Positions 1 to 8,311 of a stretch of DNA of 16,079 nucleotides are shown here, one piece after another. The translations under genes were made by a program, and so were the position numbers. The number at the start of each line of letters is the position of its first letter. Position 1 is the stretch's first letter. The notes under the pieces are model-generated. The model was not told the DNA's origin, made no database searches, and saw only the letters and a program-made list of their open reading frames with translations. Origin of the DNA: Candidatus Bathyarchaeia archaeon (lineage in GTDB: Archaea > Thermoproteota > Bathyarchaeia > Bathyarchaeales > Bathycorpusculaceae); assembly GCA_050012755.1 (NCBI GenBank), contig JBEKGO010000044.1, forward strand, positions 1 to 16,079, in the 5' to 3' direction.

Positions 1-240
1 AGCTTCTTTTCCGTCCACGAATAGTTTGATAGGCGAGAACGGTCCAGCGCTGATTTCCAAATGATGCTTTTCGGAATTTCCCACGTCCAACTGGAACTTC
101 TTTGGCAATGGCTGAAAGTTTGTTTCATTAATGACTTTTTCGCCATCTACTTCTATCTTGATGTATTTTAGAAGCGCGCTCGCATTAACAATAATGGTAT
201 GTTTTTCAGTCTCTCCTATTTCAAACTTGGCTTTTGTCAT
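1..240 (-). CDS. Small all-beta hypothetical protein with an internal duplication; 3' end lies outside the window; third gene of the ABC operon
   Basis: Not in the ORF track. Hand translation from ATG at 240: MTKAKFEIGETEKHTIIVNASALLKYIKIEVDGEKVINETNFQPLPKKFQLDVGNSEKHHLEISAGPFSPIKLFVDGKEA, open to the window edge. GGAGGAAGG RBS at about 250-258; starts 28 bp after the permease stop. Confidence 0.85.
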   Translation of the reverse strand, partial: MTKAKFEIGETEKHTIIVNASALLKYIKIEVDGEKVINETNFQPLPKKFQLDVGNSEKHHLEISAGPFSPIKLFVDGKEA

Positions 241-268
241 TTTTTTGAACCTTCCTCCTCTAACTTTG

Positions 269-1009
269 CTACTTCCACTTCGTCAATATTTCCTCTCTCT
301 GGAATGTAATTCTGCTGACAAAGAAGACAACAACGGCTATTACTAAGATAACACCTGCCAAAATCAGCAGATTCGTGTCATTGAATGCAAACACTCCAAT
401 TTCAGATGTTATGTATACTCCAAAGAATGGAAGCGCGGCCAACATTCCCATTTGCTGTGCTGTTCGCACATCGTTTACTCTGGATGAGATAATGATATTT
501 AATTCAACGCTAAGAAGACATATCAACGGTGCCACAAGCAAGATCGCCCCAATATGCCAGTTAGGATAGTAAAGATAACCCAGTGTGCTATGCGTCACCA
601 AATCCATGAGCGACATGTATATCACTGAACCAGCATAGATCGCCCCTAAAGGCACGACGAGCCCTGAAATTGTTTTGCCCAACAAGATTTCGCCGTCGGT
701 CATTGGCGTTGCCAGAAGCGGTTCCAAGCTCTTTTGGATCTTCTCTCCCACTAAACTGTAGGAGGCTATAGTTGTGGGAATTATGGCTGATCCTATGAGA
801 AACCATATCGAGAACGCGTCCATAAATCTGGGAAGAGTTAAGGCGGTCATTCCATGGCCGCTGCCAATATGCAGTGCATATTGCACAATCAATGGGAACG
901 CAATTCCCACAACAAGAGGGAAAACAACGGTGATATAGATAACCATAGTCTTCCGTTTGAAGATCTTGAAGTCTTTTGCGGCAACTGCCCAAGCGCTTTG
1001 CAAATCCAT
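269..1009 (-). CDS. ABC-2 type transporter permease subunit
   Basis: About six hydrophobic segments; motif SLVGEKIQKSLEPLLATPMTDGEILLGK is typical of ABC-2 permeases; 3 bp downstream of the ABC ATPase. Confidence 0.92.
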   Translation of the reverse strand: MDLQSAWAVAAKDFKIFKRKTMVIYITVVFPLVVGIAFPLIVQYALHIGSGHGMTALTLPRFMDAFSIWFLIGSAIIPTTIASYSLVGEKIQKSLEPLLATPMTDGEILLGKTISGLVVPLGAIYAGSVIYMSLMDLVTHSTLGYLYYPNWHIGAILLVAPLICLLSVELNIIISSRVNDVRTAQQMGMLAALPFFGVYITSEIGVFAFNDTNLLILAGVILVIAVVVFFVSRITFQREEILTKWK

Positions 1010-1012
1010 TTT

Positions 1013-1927
1013 TTATCCCCTCACAAGCTTGAGATACACATCCTCCAGAGACGAGCCAATCTCTGTTAAGAATTGCACTTGTCCACCTGCAGCTTCAATC
1101 GCCTTCAAAATGGCTGGATTCTCTTTCTCAGGATCATTGACATCGATAAGAAGGCTATTATTAGTTACCTCCGATATTTGAAAGCCGATTTTCTTGACCG
1201 CTTCTACGATTACGTTATCAACATGCTGAAGCTGAACTTTTATCTTTCTACCAGACAGCTTACGCCTTAACTCTTGCGGGGTGCCTGTTGCGATTAGTCG
1301 AGTTTTTAGTATCGCAACCCGGTCACAGATCTTTTCAGCCTCATCCAGAAGATGCGTGTTTAGGAAGATTGTTCTTTTCTCCTTTTTCAGCTCAAGGATG
1401 AAGTCCCTAACCGTCTTAGAAGCTTCCGGATCGAGGCTTGCAGTTGGCTCATCCAAGAATAGGACTTGTGGGTCATGGATGAGGGCGCGGGCTATGGCGA
1501 GTTTTTGCTTCATCCCCTTAGAAAAGGTTCCTGCTGCTACGTTTCTCTTTTCCCAAAGCCCCAGCATCTTGAGAAGGTATTCTATTCGCTCTTTCCTTTT
1601 CTGTACGTCAAGCCTGTAGAATCGACCGTAAAAATCGAGATTGTCATAGGCACTTAGTTCCTCATAGAGCCCGACATTTTCAGTCAGCAGGCCCACCATC
1701 CGTCTTATCTTCTGTTGATCAGCACTATTTCCGACATCGTAATTGCCTATCCTTGCAGTGCCGCTCGTCTTTGATATTAGACAGCAAAGCATTCTGACAG
1801 TTGTTGTTTTCCCTGCGCCATTCGGACCCAGAAAACCGAAGACTTCACCGTCGTTAACATGAAGATCAAGATTGTCTACGGCTGTTAGATCCCCAAACTT
1901 TTTTGTAAGACCCTCAGTATCTATCAA
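1013..1927 (-). CDS. ABC-2 type exporter ATP-binding subunit
   Basis: Walker A GPNGAGKTT, signature FSKGMKQK, Walker B VLFLDEPT, H-loop NTH, C-terminal SLEDVYLKLV; TTG start. Confidence 0.96.
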   Translation of the reverse strand: MIDTEGLTKKFGDLTAVDNLDLHVNDGEVFGFLGPNGAGKTTTVRMLCCLISKTSGTARIGNYDVGNSADQQKIRRMVGLLTENVGLYEELSAYDNLDFYGRFYRLDVQKRKERIEYLLKMLGLWEKRNVAAGTFSKGMKQKLAIARALIHDPQVLFLDEPTASLDPEASKTVRDFILELKKEKRTIFLNTHLLDEAEKICDRVAILKTRLIATGTPQELRRKLSGRKIKVQLQHVDNVIVEAVKKIGFQISEVTNNSLLIDVNDPEKENPAILKAIEAAGGQVQFLTEIGSSLEDVYLKLVRG

Positions 1928-1981
1928 TGCGATTACCCTTTGGACTAAACGTAGCCCATTGTTTGTTAATAAGAGGCTAGT

Positions 1982-2019
1982 GTTTTATAAATAACGTTCC
2001 ACGGGTACAAAATTTGTAC
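1982..2019 (-). promoter_or_regulatory. Candidate TATA box of the ABC operon with an upstream perfect palindrome
   Basis: Minus-strand TTATTTATAAAA at about 1983-1994, about 55 bp before the start; GTACAAA-A-TTTGTAC inverted repeat at 2005-2019. Confidence 0.45.
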
Positions 2020-2020
2020 T

Positions 2021-2191
2021 AGGAAGGGTTATACAAAGGCGCTGGCGGAGAAAAAGACGGGGTTGAAGGAGAAGACTGCACAGTCACTTCACCATTACAT
2101 AGAGCTAGTGCCGGGAGGAAATATGCAAGCTATTGAGCGGGCTCGTCGAAAACTGCGGAGCCTATCAGAGACGGAAAGCCAATCTGTCTAA
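2021..2191 (+). pseudogene. 5'-truncated remnant resembling the last repeat and capping helix of a TPR protein
   Basis: Frame reads RKGYTKALAEKKTGLKEKTAQSLHHYIELVPGGNMQAIERARRKLRSLSETESQSV-stop (TAA 2189-2191), with TPR-like KALA..G...A...Y.EL.P spacing. In-frame stop at 1988-1990 and no credible start or RBS before the motif. Confidence 0.4.
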
Positions 2192-2330
2192 CGGACAACT
2201 ATGATCCGGAAGTCTAGACAACCTACACTTGCAGGGATTAGACTGAAATATCTAAAAGAGCAATAGAATCTGTGCGCGCTTTAATGATTAAGCGTATACT
2301 AGCGGTTCTGATATGTGCTTTTTCTTGGAT

Positions 2331-2379
2331 TTTTCGTGTGGAATTTAAATGTGGGTGTAAATCTAACATCCCGCGCCAT
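2331..2379 (+). repeat. att-like repeat copy 1 (arm plus tRNA 3'-end core ACATCCCGCGCCA at 2366-2378)
   Basis: 42/49 identical, ungapped, to 8531-8579; 13-bp core identical to 3379-3391. Confidence 0.9.
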
Positions 2380-2394
2380 CGCTTTTTTAGGTGG

Positions 2395-3246
2395 TTATTG
2401 TGAGCGTTGTTTGTGGACAGCTAGATATCTTCGGATAAAATAGCTTACGAAGCCTTCTTCTGATCGCTGAAGAGCTTTGTAATAGGATTTTCTTTTCTTA
2501 TATTCTATTATGAGCATAGGATAACCATTTTTCCACAGAATATAATTCATTAGCAGCCTTCCAATTCTGCCGTTCCCATCACCGAACGGGTGAATTTTCT
2601 CGAAAATATAGTGTGCTCTAGCTGCAAGCTCGACTGAATTAAGGTTCGACTGGTTTGTAAAGGCTATGAGTTGCGTTATGAGGTTTGCGACGTTATGCCA
2701 ATCTGACGCCAAGTAAGGGCCTACTCTGACTTGATAATTTCTGAATGCTCCGGCGATGTCAGGTTTTGTTTCTCTAAAAATTTCTTTATGCCATTTCAAC
2801 AGGAGTTGGTCTGAAATTTCTTCTTTTGCTTTCAACATTTCAAAGAAAACTGTTGCATGAGATTCAGTTTCGCGTATATCTCTGATCGGTTTGTTTGGAG
2901 CAATTTTATCTTCCAGTATTAGTCTGGCTTCTTCAAGAGTTATGGTGGATCCTTCAATTGCGTTTGTGTTGTAGGTAAATGCTATTGCTATTTCTTGTAG
3001 CTCTTTTTCTTTGGCTGATGGAGGAGTTTCTTTCCACTCTTTTTGAAAATTGTTTTTTATTTTTTCTAGTTTTTCAAAGAGTGCTTCGTGTGTTTCATGC
3101 ATGAGTTTTGCTTTGATTTCTTCGATGTTGTCAGGGATTTTTTTGCCCAAGTAGAGTTCTTTTGTAATTACTTTTCCTTCTTTTCTGTAGGAATGTTGCA
3201 GATAGAAGTATTTTAATTGCCCTTTTTTTCGCTTAATTATTCGCAT
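2395..3246 (-). CDS. Fic family protein (AMPylase), class II with N-terminal inhibitory motif
   Basis: Canonical Fic motif HPFGDGNGRIGR; inhibitory (S/T)xxxE(G/N) motif TNAIEG upstream; basic N-terminal segment KYFYLQHSYRKEGKVITKELYLGK. Confidence 0.95.
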   Translation of the reverse strand: MRIIKRKKGQLKYFYLQHSYRKEGKVITKELYLGKKIPDNIEEIKAKLMHETHEALFEKLEKIKNNFQKEWKETPPSAKEKELQEIAIAFTYNTNAIEGSTITLEEARLILEDKIAPNKPIRDIRETESHATVFFEMLKAKEEISDQLLLKWHKEIFRETKPDIAGAFRNYQVRVGPYLASDWHNVANLITQLIAFTNQSNLNSVELAARAHYIFEKIHPFGDGNGRIGRLLMNYILWKNGYPMLIIEYKKRKSYYKALQRSEEGFVSYFIRRYLAVHKQRSQ

Positions 3247-3255
3247 CCAGATAGT

Positions 3256-3308
3256 TTACCATTACAAACCATATAAATATTTCATTACAATTCAAAATGT
3301 AATGGTAA
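3256..3308 (-). promoter_or_regulatory. Fic promoter (TATA-like box) bracketed by an 11-bp inverted repeat
   Basis: TTACCATTACA (3256-3266) and TGTAATGGTAA (3298-3308) are exact reverse complements; extra CATTACA at 3283-3289; minus-strand ATATTTATAT at 3271-3280, about 25-30 bp before the ATG. Confidence 0.6.
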
Positions 3309-3343
3309 TGTTCTGACCAGCTTGAAAGAGTGAGTCTCGCCAA

Positions 3344-3391
3344 ACCTGTGGTCGAAAGGCCGCGTAGGTTCAAATCCCACATCCCGCGCCA
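3344..3391 (+). tRNA. Partial, degenerate tRNA: 3' half of a type II (long variable arm) tRNA, Ser-like; probably an att remnant rather than a functional gene
   Basis: ACCTG (anticodon stem 3' strand), variable arm GGTC-GAAA-GGCC, T arm GTAGG-TTCAAAT-CCCAC (one A-C mismatch), acceptor strand ATCCCGC, discriminator G, CCA. No GCGGGAT 5' strand or D arm upstream. G73 with a long arm favours Ser over Leu. Confidence 0.75.
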
Positions 3392-3707
3392 CTCCTTGAA
3401 CCATATAAGTCTTGATTATTGATTATTTATGCAAATAATGCTGAAATCGCTTTTTAATTAATCAACATCCCCCCTGATTGCATAAAACCGCCCACTGTTT
3501 AGATGTCACGCCACTCACTGGAAAAGACTCTTTACCCCATTTGGAAATATGCCCCGTCGAGACCCAGCCTATAATCTTAAAAGTTCATGTCCAACGGGAA
3601 CTAGTGCGTGCGAATTCTATTTCTTATTGCTGGTGCGCTGATGCAAAAATCGAAGCTTTGAAATTTCGAACATTATTTCTTTAGTCCTAGGGATTCGGTT
3701 GTCAAAG

Positions 3708-5258
3708 TTAAAATATCTGTGTCGAGAAAGTTTCGTAAATATTCGATTTATCTAAGATATCGTAGATTCTCTTATGAAACTCAAATAGACTCTCATACTT
3801 CTTTTGATTCTCTTTAACTGGTTGATATTTTTCTGCTGGTCTCATTGTAGCTAAAACAGCCTCGTCAACACTCTTGAATATTCCAGCACCTACTCCTTCT
3901 AACAATGCACATCCCAACGCTGTTGACTCTCTGGCTTCTCGCAATACGGGTACTCCGTAGATATCAGCTTGAATTTGGTTAAAGATTTGGCTCCTCGTCA
4001 TACCTCCAGACACATGCACTTCTTTCAACGGAATACCAAGTTCTTCCATTACTTCCAAATTCTTTTGAATCTCAAAGCTCAAGCCTTCAAAAATCGATCG
4101 TATCACATCATGTCGTGTGTGCCCGAGGGTTAACCCGAAGATTACTCCTCTTGCGTGCGGGTTCCAGTATGGAGCACCTGCGCCGACAAAGTGAGGCAAA
4201 AATATGATTCCTCTGCTACCAACACTAGATGCAGCAGCCTCGCTATCCAATATTTCGTATGGATCGATCCCAACTTTATTAGCGACAAATTTCTCAAGTG
4301 AACCAAATTGATCTCTAAACCACTTATAAACGGAACCCGTAGAGAAAACACTTGCCTCCAGAACCCACTTGCCCGGAACCGCATGACAACTGCAAAGGAT
4401 TCTTCTTTTTGGATCAAAAACAGGCGTCTCTGAGTGCGCCAAGACAAATGTCCCGGTACCAGTGGTAACAACAACGCTTCCCTGTCGAATTACCCCAGCT
4501 CCAACAGCGCTGCATTGCTGGTCTCCTCCTCCGCAGAAAACAGGTGTTCCTTTTGCGAATCCTGTCTCTGCAGCTGCTTTGGCGCTTACGTTGCCAATCT
4601 GTTCTCCTGTAGGATGTACGTCTGGCATTTTCTCCCTGCCTATCTCCAAGCGGGTCAGGAGTGGTTCAGACCAATTACGTTTCCTGATATCAAACAACAT
4701 TGTTCTCGACGCGTTATCCGGACTCGTGATGAATGCATCTGTGAATTTCGCTATCAAGTAATCATGAACCAAAAGAAACTTGTAGGTTTTGTTGTAAATG
4801 TCTGGTTCTTTTTCCATGATCCATCGGATTTTGGGTGCCGAAAAGTACGGGTCAATCGTCAAGCCAGTCGTCTCGTAAACAACTTTTGGTCCAATATTCT
4901 TCTCTATCCAATTACACTGTGGAACTGTTCTTCTGTCTTGCCAAACGATGGCTTTTCGTAATGGGTTAGCATTGGCGTCAATGGGCACTATAGTCTCCCT
5001 TTGGCTTGTCACGCTGATACCTATGATCATGTCCTTTTTTATGCCCTTTTCATCTGCCTCTTTCAATGCCGCTTTTGCAGTTTTGCAGACGCAACTCCAC
5101 CACTCCGCCGCATCCTGTTCAACCCAAGCAATCTTTGGGAAATAGCTGGGGTGCTCTAAGTATTTCTCTGCAACTACATTGCCCTTTGTATCAAAAATAA
5201 CTGTGCGTTCGCCAATAGTTCCAGCGTCTATTACAGCCAAGTAAATGTCGTCTTTCAT
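3708..5258 (-). CDS. FGGY-family carbohydrate kinase (glycerol kinase/xylulokinase-like; substrate-site motifs resemble GlpK)
   Basis: IDAGT, WVEQDA, TSQRET, VWQDRRT, DPYFSAPKIRW, NASRTMLFD, GGDQQ, GTGTF, GAPYWN, VSGGMT. Confidence 0.92.
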   Translation of the reverse strand: MKDDIYLAVIDAGTIGERTVIFDTKGNVVAEKYLEHPSYFPKIAWVEQDAAEWWSCVCKTAKAALKEADEKGIKKDMIIGISVTSQRETIVPIDANANPLRKAIVWQDRRTVPQCNWIEKNIGPKVVYETTGLTIDPYFSAPKIRWIMEKEPDIYNKTYKFLLVHDYLIAKFTDAFITSPDNASRTMLFDIRKRNWSEPLLTRLEIGREKMPDVHPTGEQIGNVSAKAAAETGFAKGTPVFCGGGDQQCSAVGAGVIRQGSVVVTTGTGTFVLAHSETPVFDPKRRILCSCHAVPGKWVLEASVFSTGSVYKWFRDQFGSLEKFVANKVGIDPYEILDSEAAASSVGSRGIIFLPHFVGAGAPYWNPHARGVIFGLTLGHTRHDVIRSIFEGLSFEIQKNLEVMEELGIPLKEVHVSGGMTRSQIFNQIQADIYGVPVLREARESTALGCALLEGVGAGIFKSVDEAVLATMRPAEKYQPVKENQKKYESLFEFHKRIYDILDKSNIYETFSTQIF

Positions 5259-5272
5259 AGGTCAACATCTTA

Positions 5273-6397
5273 CTAAACTTTAAAGTTAAAGCGATATTTG
5301 GTCAAACCTAAATCTGACTGCATTGTCAACATCTCTTTCTGAGTTTCCAGGGAGATCGGTACTCCCTCGACGGCACGGCGCTTATATGCCAGATACTCTT
5401 TTTCTCCTGCAACGTAAATATGATCGATACCTGGCATTTTCTTTGATGCTGCCAGTTCACGAAGCATATCTCCCACTGACTTCTTGAATTTCTCCACCTC
5501 AACGAAAGCCTCAATGTTGACGGCTATGAAGAAGTGACCGAGATCAAAAGGCACTGTTTTTCCGTTGGCAACACCCAGGCAAGCCTTCAAAGCTGATGAT
5601 TGCTGAAGAGCTGAAGACATAATCTCAACAAAGGTCGCATAATTGTAGCCTTTGTATCCTGCCATGTCTTCACCAATCCCTCCGAGTGGCGTGAGCGCAG
5701 CCTCGTCCTTTGTCAAATCTGTCAAAATTTGGCGTGAATCTGTTCGGGATTTTCCGTCTGCTCCAATAACCCATCCCTGTTTTAACTCTTTTTCTATTCG
5801 GGCATAGGTTTCGATTTTACCCCGCTGAATTGTTGAGGTTGCTTGGTCTGCACACCAAGGAAAGTCCCAGTCAGTTGGCACTGCGATACAAAAGGGATTT
5901 GTTCCAAGCATCGGTTCGATGCCCCATGTGGGCGCAATAGACGGCCGAGCGTTGGTTCCGCACATGCCAATCATGCCTTTTTCAGTAGCCATTAGAGAAT
6001 AGTAACCTGCAATCCCGAAGTGATTTGAGTGGCCAACAACAACCATACCAATGCCTACATTCTTGGCTTTTTCGATAGCGAGTTCCATCGCTTTTTTTGC
6101 TGCTACCTGTCCCATTCCGTTGTTGGCATTAATTACTGCTACTCCAGGAGCGTCGCGTTCTATGGTTAGTTTTGTTGTAGGCAGTTGCTGTCCTTTCCTA
6201 ATGCGATCGTAGTACATTTTTAGTCGAGCGATTCCATGTGAATCAATTCCACGTTTGTCGGAAGCTATAAGCACATCCGCTACGATTGCTGCATCAGCTT
6301 TCGGAACTCCGACTCCGCATAAAACGTCGTACATGAAATTTTCGAGCGTTTTTATGTCAACAAGGGCAAATTCTTTGGCTTCAATCAATCTTTTCAC
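5273..6397 (-). CDS. Ldh_2 family NAD(P)-dependent oxidoreductase (type 2 malate/L-lactate, ComC/AllD-like)
   Basis: RGIDSHGIARL, SNHFGIAGYY, LGTNPFCIA, PLGG..GYKG, GHFFIAVN, AGEKE. The ORF-track start at 6445 overlaps the upstream gene; GTG 6397 (after GGGGAG) or TTG 6388 is more plausible. Confidence 0.92.
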   Translation of the reverse strand: MKRLIEAKEFALVDIKTLENFMYDVLCGVGVPKADAAIVADVLIASDKRGIDSHGIARLKMYYDRIRKGQQLPTTKLTIERDAPGVAVINANNGMGQVAAKKAMELAIEKAKNVGIGMVVVGHSNHFGIAGYYSLMATEKGMIGMCGTNARPSIAPTWGIEPMLGTNPFCIAVPTDWDFPWCADQATSTIQRGKIETYARIEKELKQGWVIGADGKSRTDSRQILTDLTKDEAALTPLGGIGEDMAGYKGYNYATFVEIMSSALQQSSALKACLGVANGKTVPFDLGHFFIAVNIEAFVEVEKFKKSVGDMLRELAASKKMPGIDHIYVAGEKEYLAYKRRAVEGVPISLETQKEMLTMQSDLGLTKYRFNFKV

Positions 6398-6423
6398 GCA
6401 CGCTCCCCGGGAATGCCCAATGA

Positions 6424-7359
6424 TTATAGGTGACGGTCGAGCCACGTGATGGCATCCTTCATGACTTCCTCTTTGTTGGTTTCGTTAAAGATCTCGTGGC
6501 GGGCGCCGTTGTACACTTTTATTGACGCATCCTTAATTCCCAGGGAAAAATAAGTCTTGTATAACGCTTGGGCACCTTTACTCATTTTGTTCGAGGGATC
6601 GCAGCCTCCACTCATTATATAAATCGGCAAATCCCTCGGAATGTTCGCTTGTTGCTTGCGCTTGGCGATCTTTATGACCCCTTTGGCTAATTCTGACGCC
6701 GTTCCAGCCTGCGAGATGAACCCGCAGAATGGATCATTTACATATTTTTCGACGACGGCATGATCCCGTGAGAGCCATTCGAATTTCGTGGGCGCCGGCT
6801 CGAAGGGTTTATTGTAAGCCCCAAACGTGAGTTTATCCAAATACGGACTCCTGGTGTCGGCGCCGATCTTCTTGATTTCCCTTGCTATCATTATTGGCGC
6901 AATTTTCCGGATGATAAAGGATTGTTTACCGTTGGTTCCGGTTAGGATCACCCCCTTGATTTCCTTGCCGAATTGTGATATGTAGTCTTGGGCGAGGAAA
7001 GAACCCCAAGAATGGCCGATTAAGAAAACGGGCAACCCGGGATTCTCTTTCTTGATGATATCGGTTAACATCTTGATTTCTTTCACGGTGCCATCCCACC
7101 CGCCCGGTCCAAGCAGCCCTAATTTTTCTACGGTTCCAGCCGTTTTCCCGTGACCGCGGTGGTCATCGGCATACACAATATAGCCTGTATCTGTGAGTTG
7201 CTGAGCGACCCATTCATATCTGCCCGCGTGCTCGCCAAGTCCGTGAGATATCTGAACTGCCGCTTTTGGCGATTCATCTGGGGCCCACTTGTAAACAAAG
7301 ATCTCGACCATATCTTGGTCGGTAAAGGTAAACGTTGACGCTCGCAACTTCAAATTCAC
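6424..7359 (-). CDS. Alpha/beta hydrolase, lysophospholipase/monoacylglycerol lipase-like (Hydrolase_4, PldB-like)
   Basis: HGLGEH, DHRGHG, nucleophile elbow GHSWG, WLSRD, catalytic Asp in GGCDP and His in RHEIFNE. Start may be TTG at 7347. Confidence 0.92.
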   Translation of the reverse strand: MNLKLRASTFTFTDQDMVEIFVYKWAPDESPKAAVQISHGLGEHAGRYEWVAQQLTDTGYIVYADDHRGHGKTAGTVEKLGLLGPGGWDGTVKEIKMLTDIIKKENPGLPVFLIGHSWGSFLAQDYISQFGKEIKGVILTGTNGKQSFIIRKIAPIMIAREIKKIGADTRSPYLDKLTFGAYNKPFEPAPTKFEWLSRDHAVVEKYVNDPFCGFISQAGTASELAKGVIKIAKRKQQANIPRDLPIYIMSGGCDPSNKMSKGAQALYKTYFSLGIKDASIKVYNGARHEIFNETNKEEVMKDAITWLDRHL

Positions 7360-7576
7360 TTCTATTTTAAGTAATCAGTTTATTTACCCTTCACTCGTAT
7401 TAATTAATAACTTTTGCTCAATCGACCGAGGATTTGTTAAAAAATCGCAAATTCGACCACATATTCATACCTAAAATGCAAGAAAATATGGGAAAAGCTC
7501 TTTGTTCTCTGTGGAAGAATGCTGTGAAACGAAGCTATGACCTGGCAACATCTTAACCTTGTAATGTACGCAGTAA

Positions 7577-8311
7577 TCAGTTGGAACTTTTCCAGATTTT
7601 TTTGAATAATAATGTGCCGATTACCCATGCTAGCGCTATTCCCGCGATTTCGTCAACAATATAATGCTGTTTAATGAACAGCGTAGATAGGATTACGCCT
7701 ACGGCTATAACGAATGCTGCAGCCGCCACTGCTTTAGTTGCCTTGCCGGGTCTCACTTTTGCATATTGGAACCATGTGTAGAAGCATATTGTTGATAGGG
7801 CTGCGTGCAAGCTAGGTAAGCAGTTGAAAGAAGTGTCGGTGGCAAAAATATGATAGACTTGGCTTGCCCAAAAATTGCCAACAAGCGGGTGCGCCAGCAG
7901 TTCTTGGCGGTACCAGAAAGTTGAAACAGGAAAGACAATGTAGATGAGGATTGCTATGCCGTTAATTGCCACCAGCGACCAGCCTAGAGCATACCCTTTT
8001 CTGTAATCCACGAATGCGAAGTAAAGCATCGTTAGAATGACAAACGGATAAAACAAGTATAGGTAAAAGACTGCCATTTGTGGAACAAAAGGAATTGCAG
8101 TATCCAAACCTGTTTGCAATCGGAAGCCTGACCCTGCAGGGTACAATTGTCCAGTCCAGTCATACGCAAAAGTGTTCAGCAACAAATAAAAAAGCACAAG
8201 CATCAAAATAACATTGCCAATTACATAGGTCAGATAAACGCTTTTCCTGCTGGACTTGCCCTTGAAAAACACTTTTTCAATCGCATCTTGGAATCTAGCG
8301 TGAAGTCCCAT
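7577..8311 (-). CDS. PAP2-superfamily membrane phosphatase/phosphotransferase
   Basis: Multiple TM segments; motifs NCLPSLHAA and KQHYIVD. Confidence 0.88.
   Translation of the reverse strand: MGLHARFQDAIEKVFFKGKSSRKSVYLTYVIGNVILMLVLFYLLLNTFAYDWTGQLYPAGSGFRLQTGLDTAIPFVPQMAVFYLYLFYPFVILTMLYFAFVDYRKGYALGWSLVAINGIAILIYIVFPVSTFWYRQELLAHPLVGNFWASQVYHIFATDTSFNCLPSLHAALSTICFYTWFQYAKVRPGKATKAVAAAAFVIAVGVILSTLFIKQHYIVDEIAGIALAWVIGTLLFKKIWKSSN

Larger units (their letters stand above)
2379..3391. mobile_element. Putative ~1.0 kb integrated module carrying only a Fic gene, bounded by direct tRNA 3'-end repeats
   Basis: Flanked by cores at 2366-2378 and 3379-3391; the Fic stop codon lies 16 bp from the left core; no recombinase inside. 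Confidence 0.5.

Noticed and set aside
3321-3391. Complete functional tRNA gene
   Set aside because: No 5' acceptor strand or D arm, poorly paired anticodon stem and a T-stem mismatch.
3478-3684. 68-aa ORF after the tRNA fragment
   Set aside because: TTG start without RBS, no recognisable motif, and it overlaps the conserved non-coding arm motifs.
4142-5145. Several 65-175 aa ORFs inside the kinase gene (and similar ones inside the ABC, propeller and Fpg-like genes)
   Set aside because: They overlap well-supported CDSs and have non-protein-like composition.
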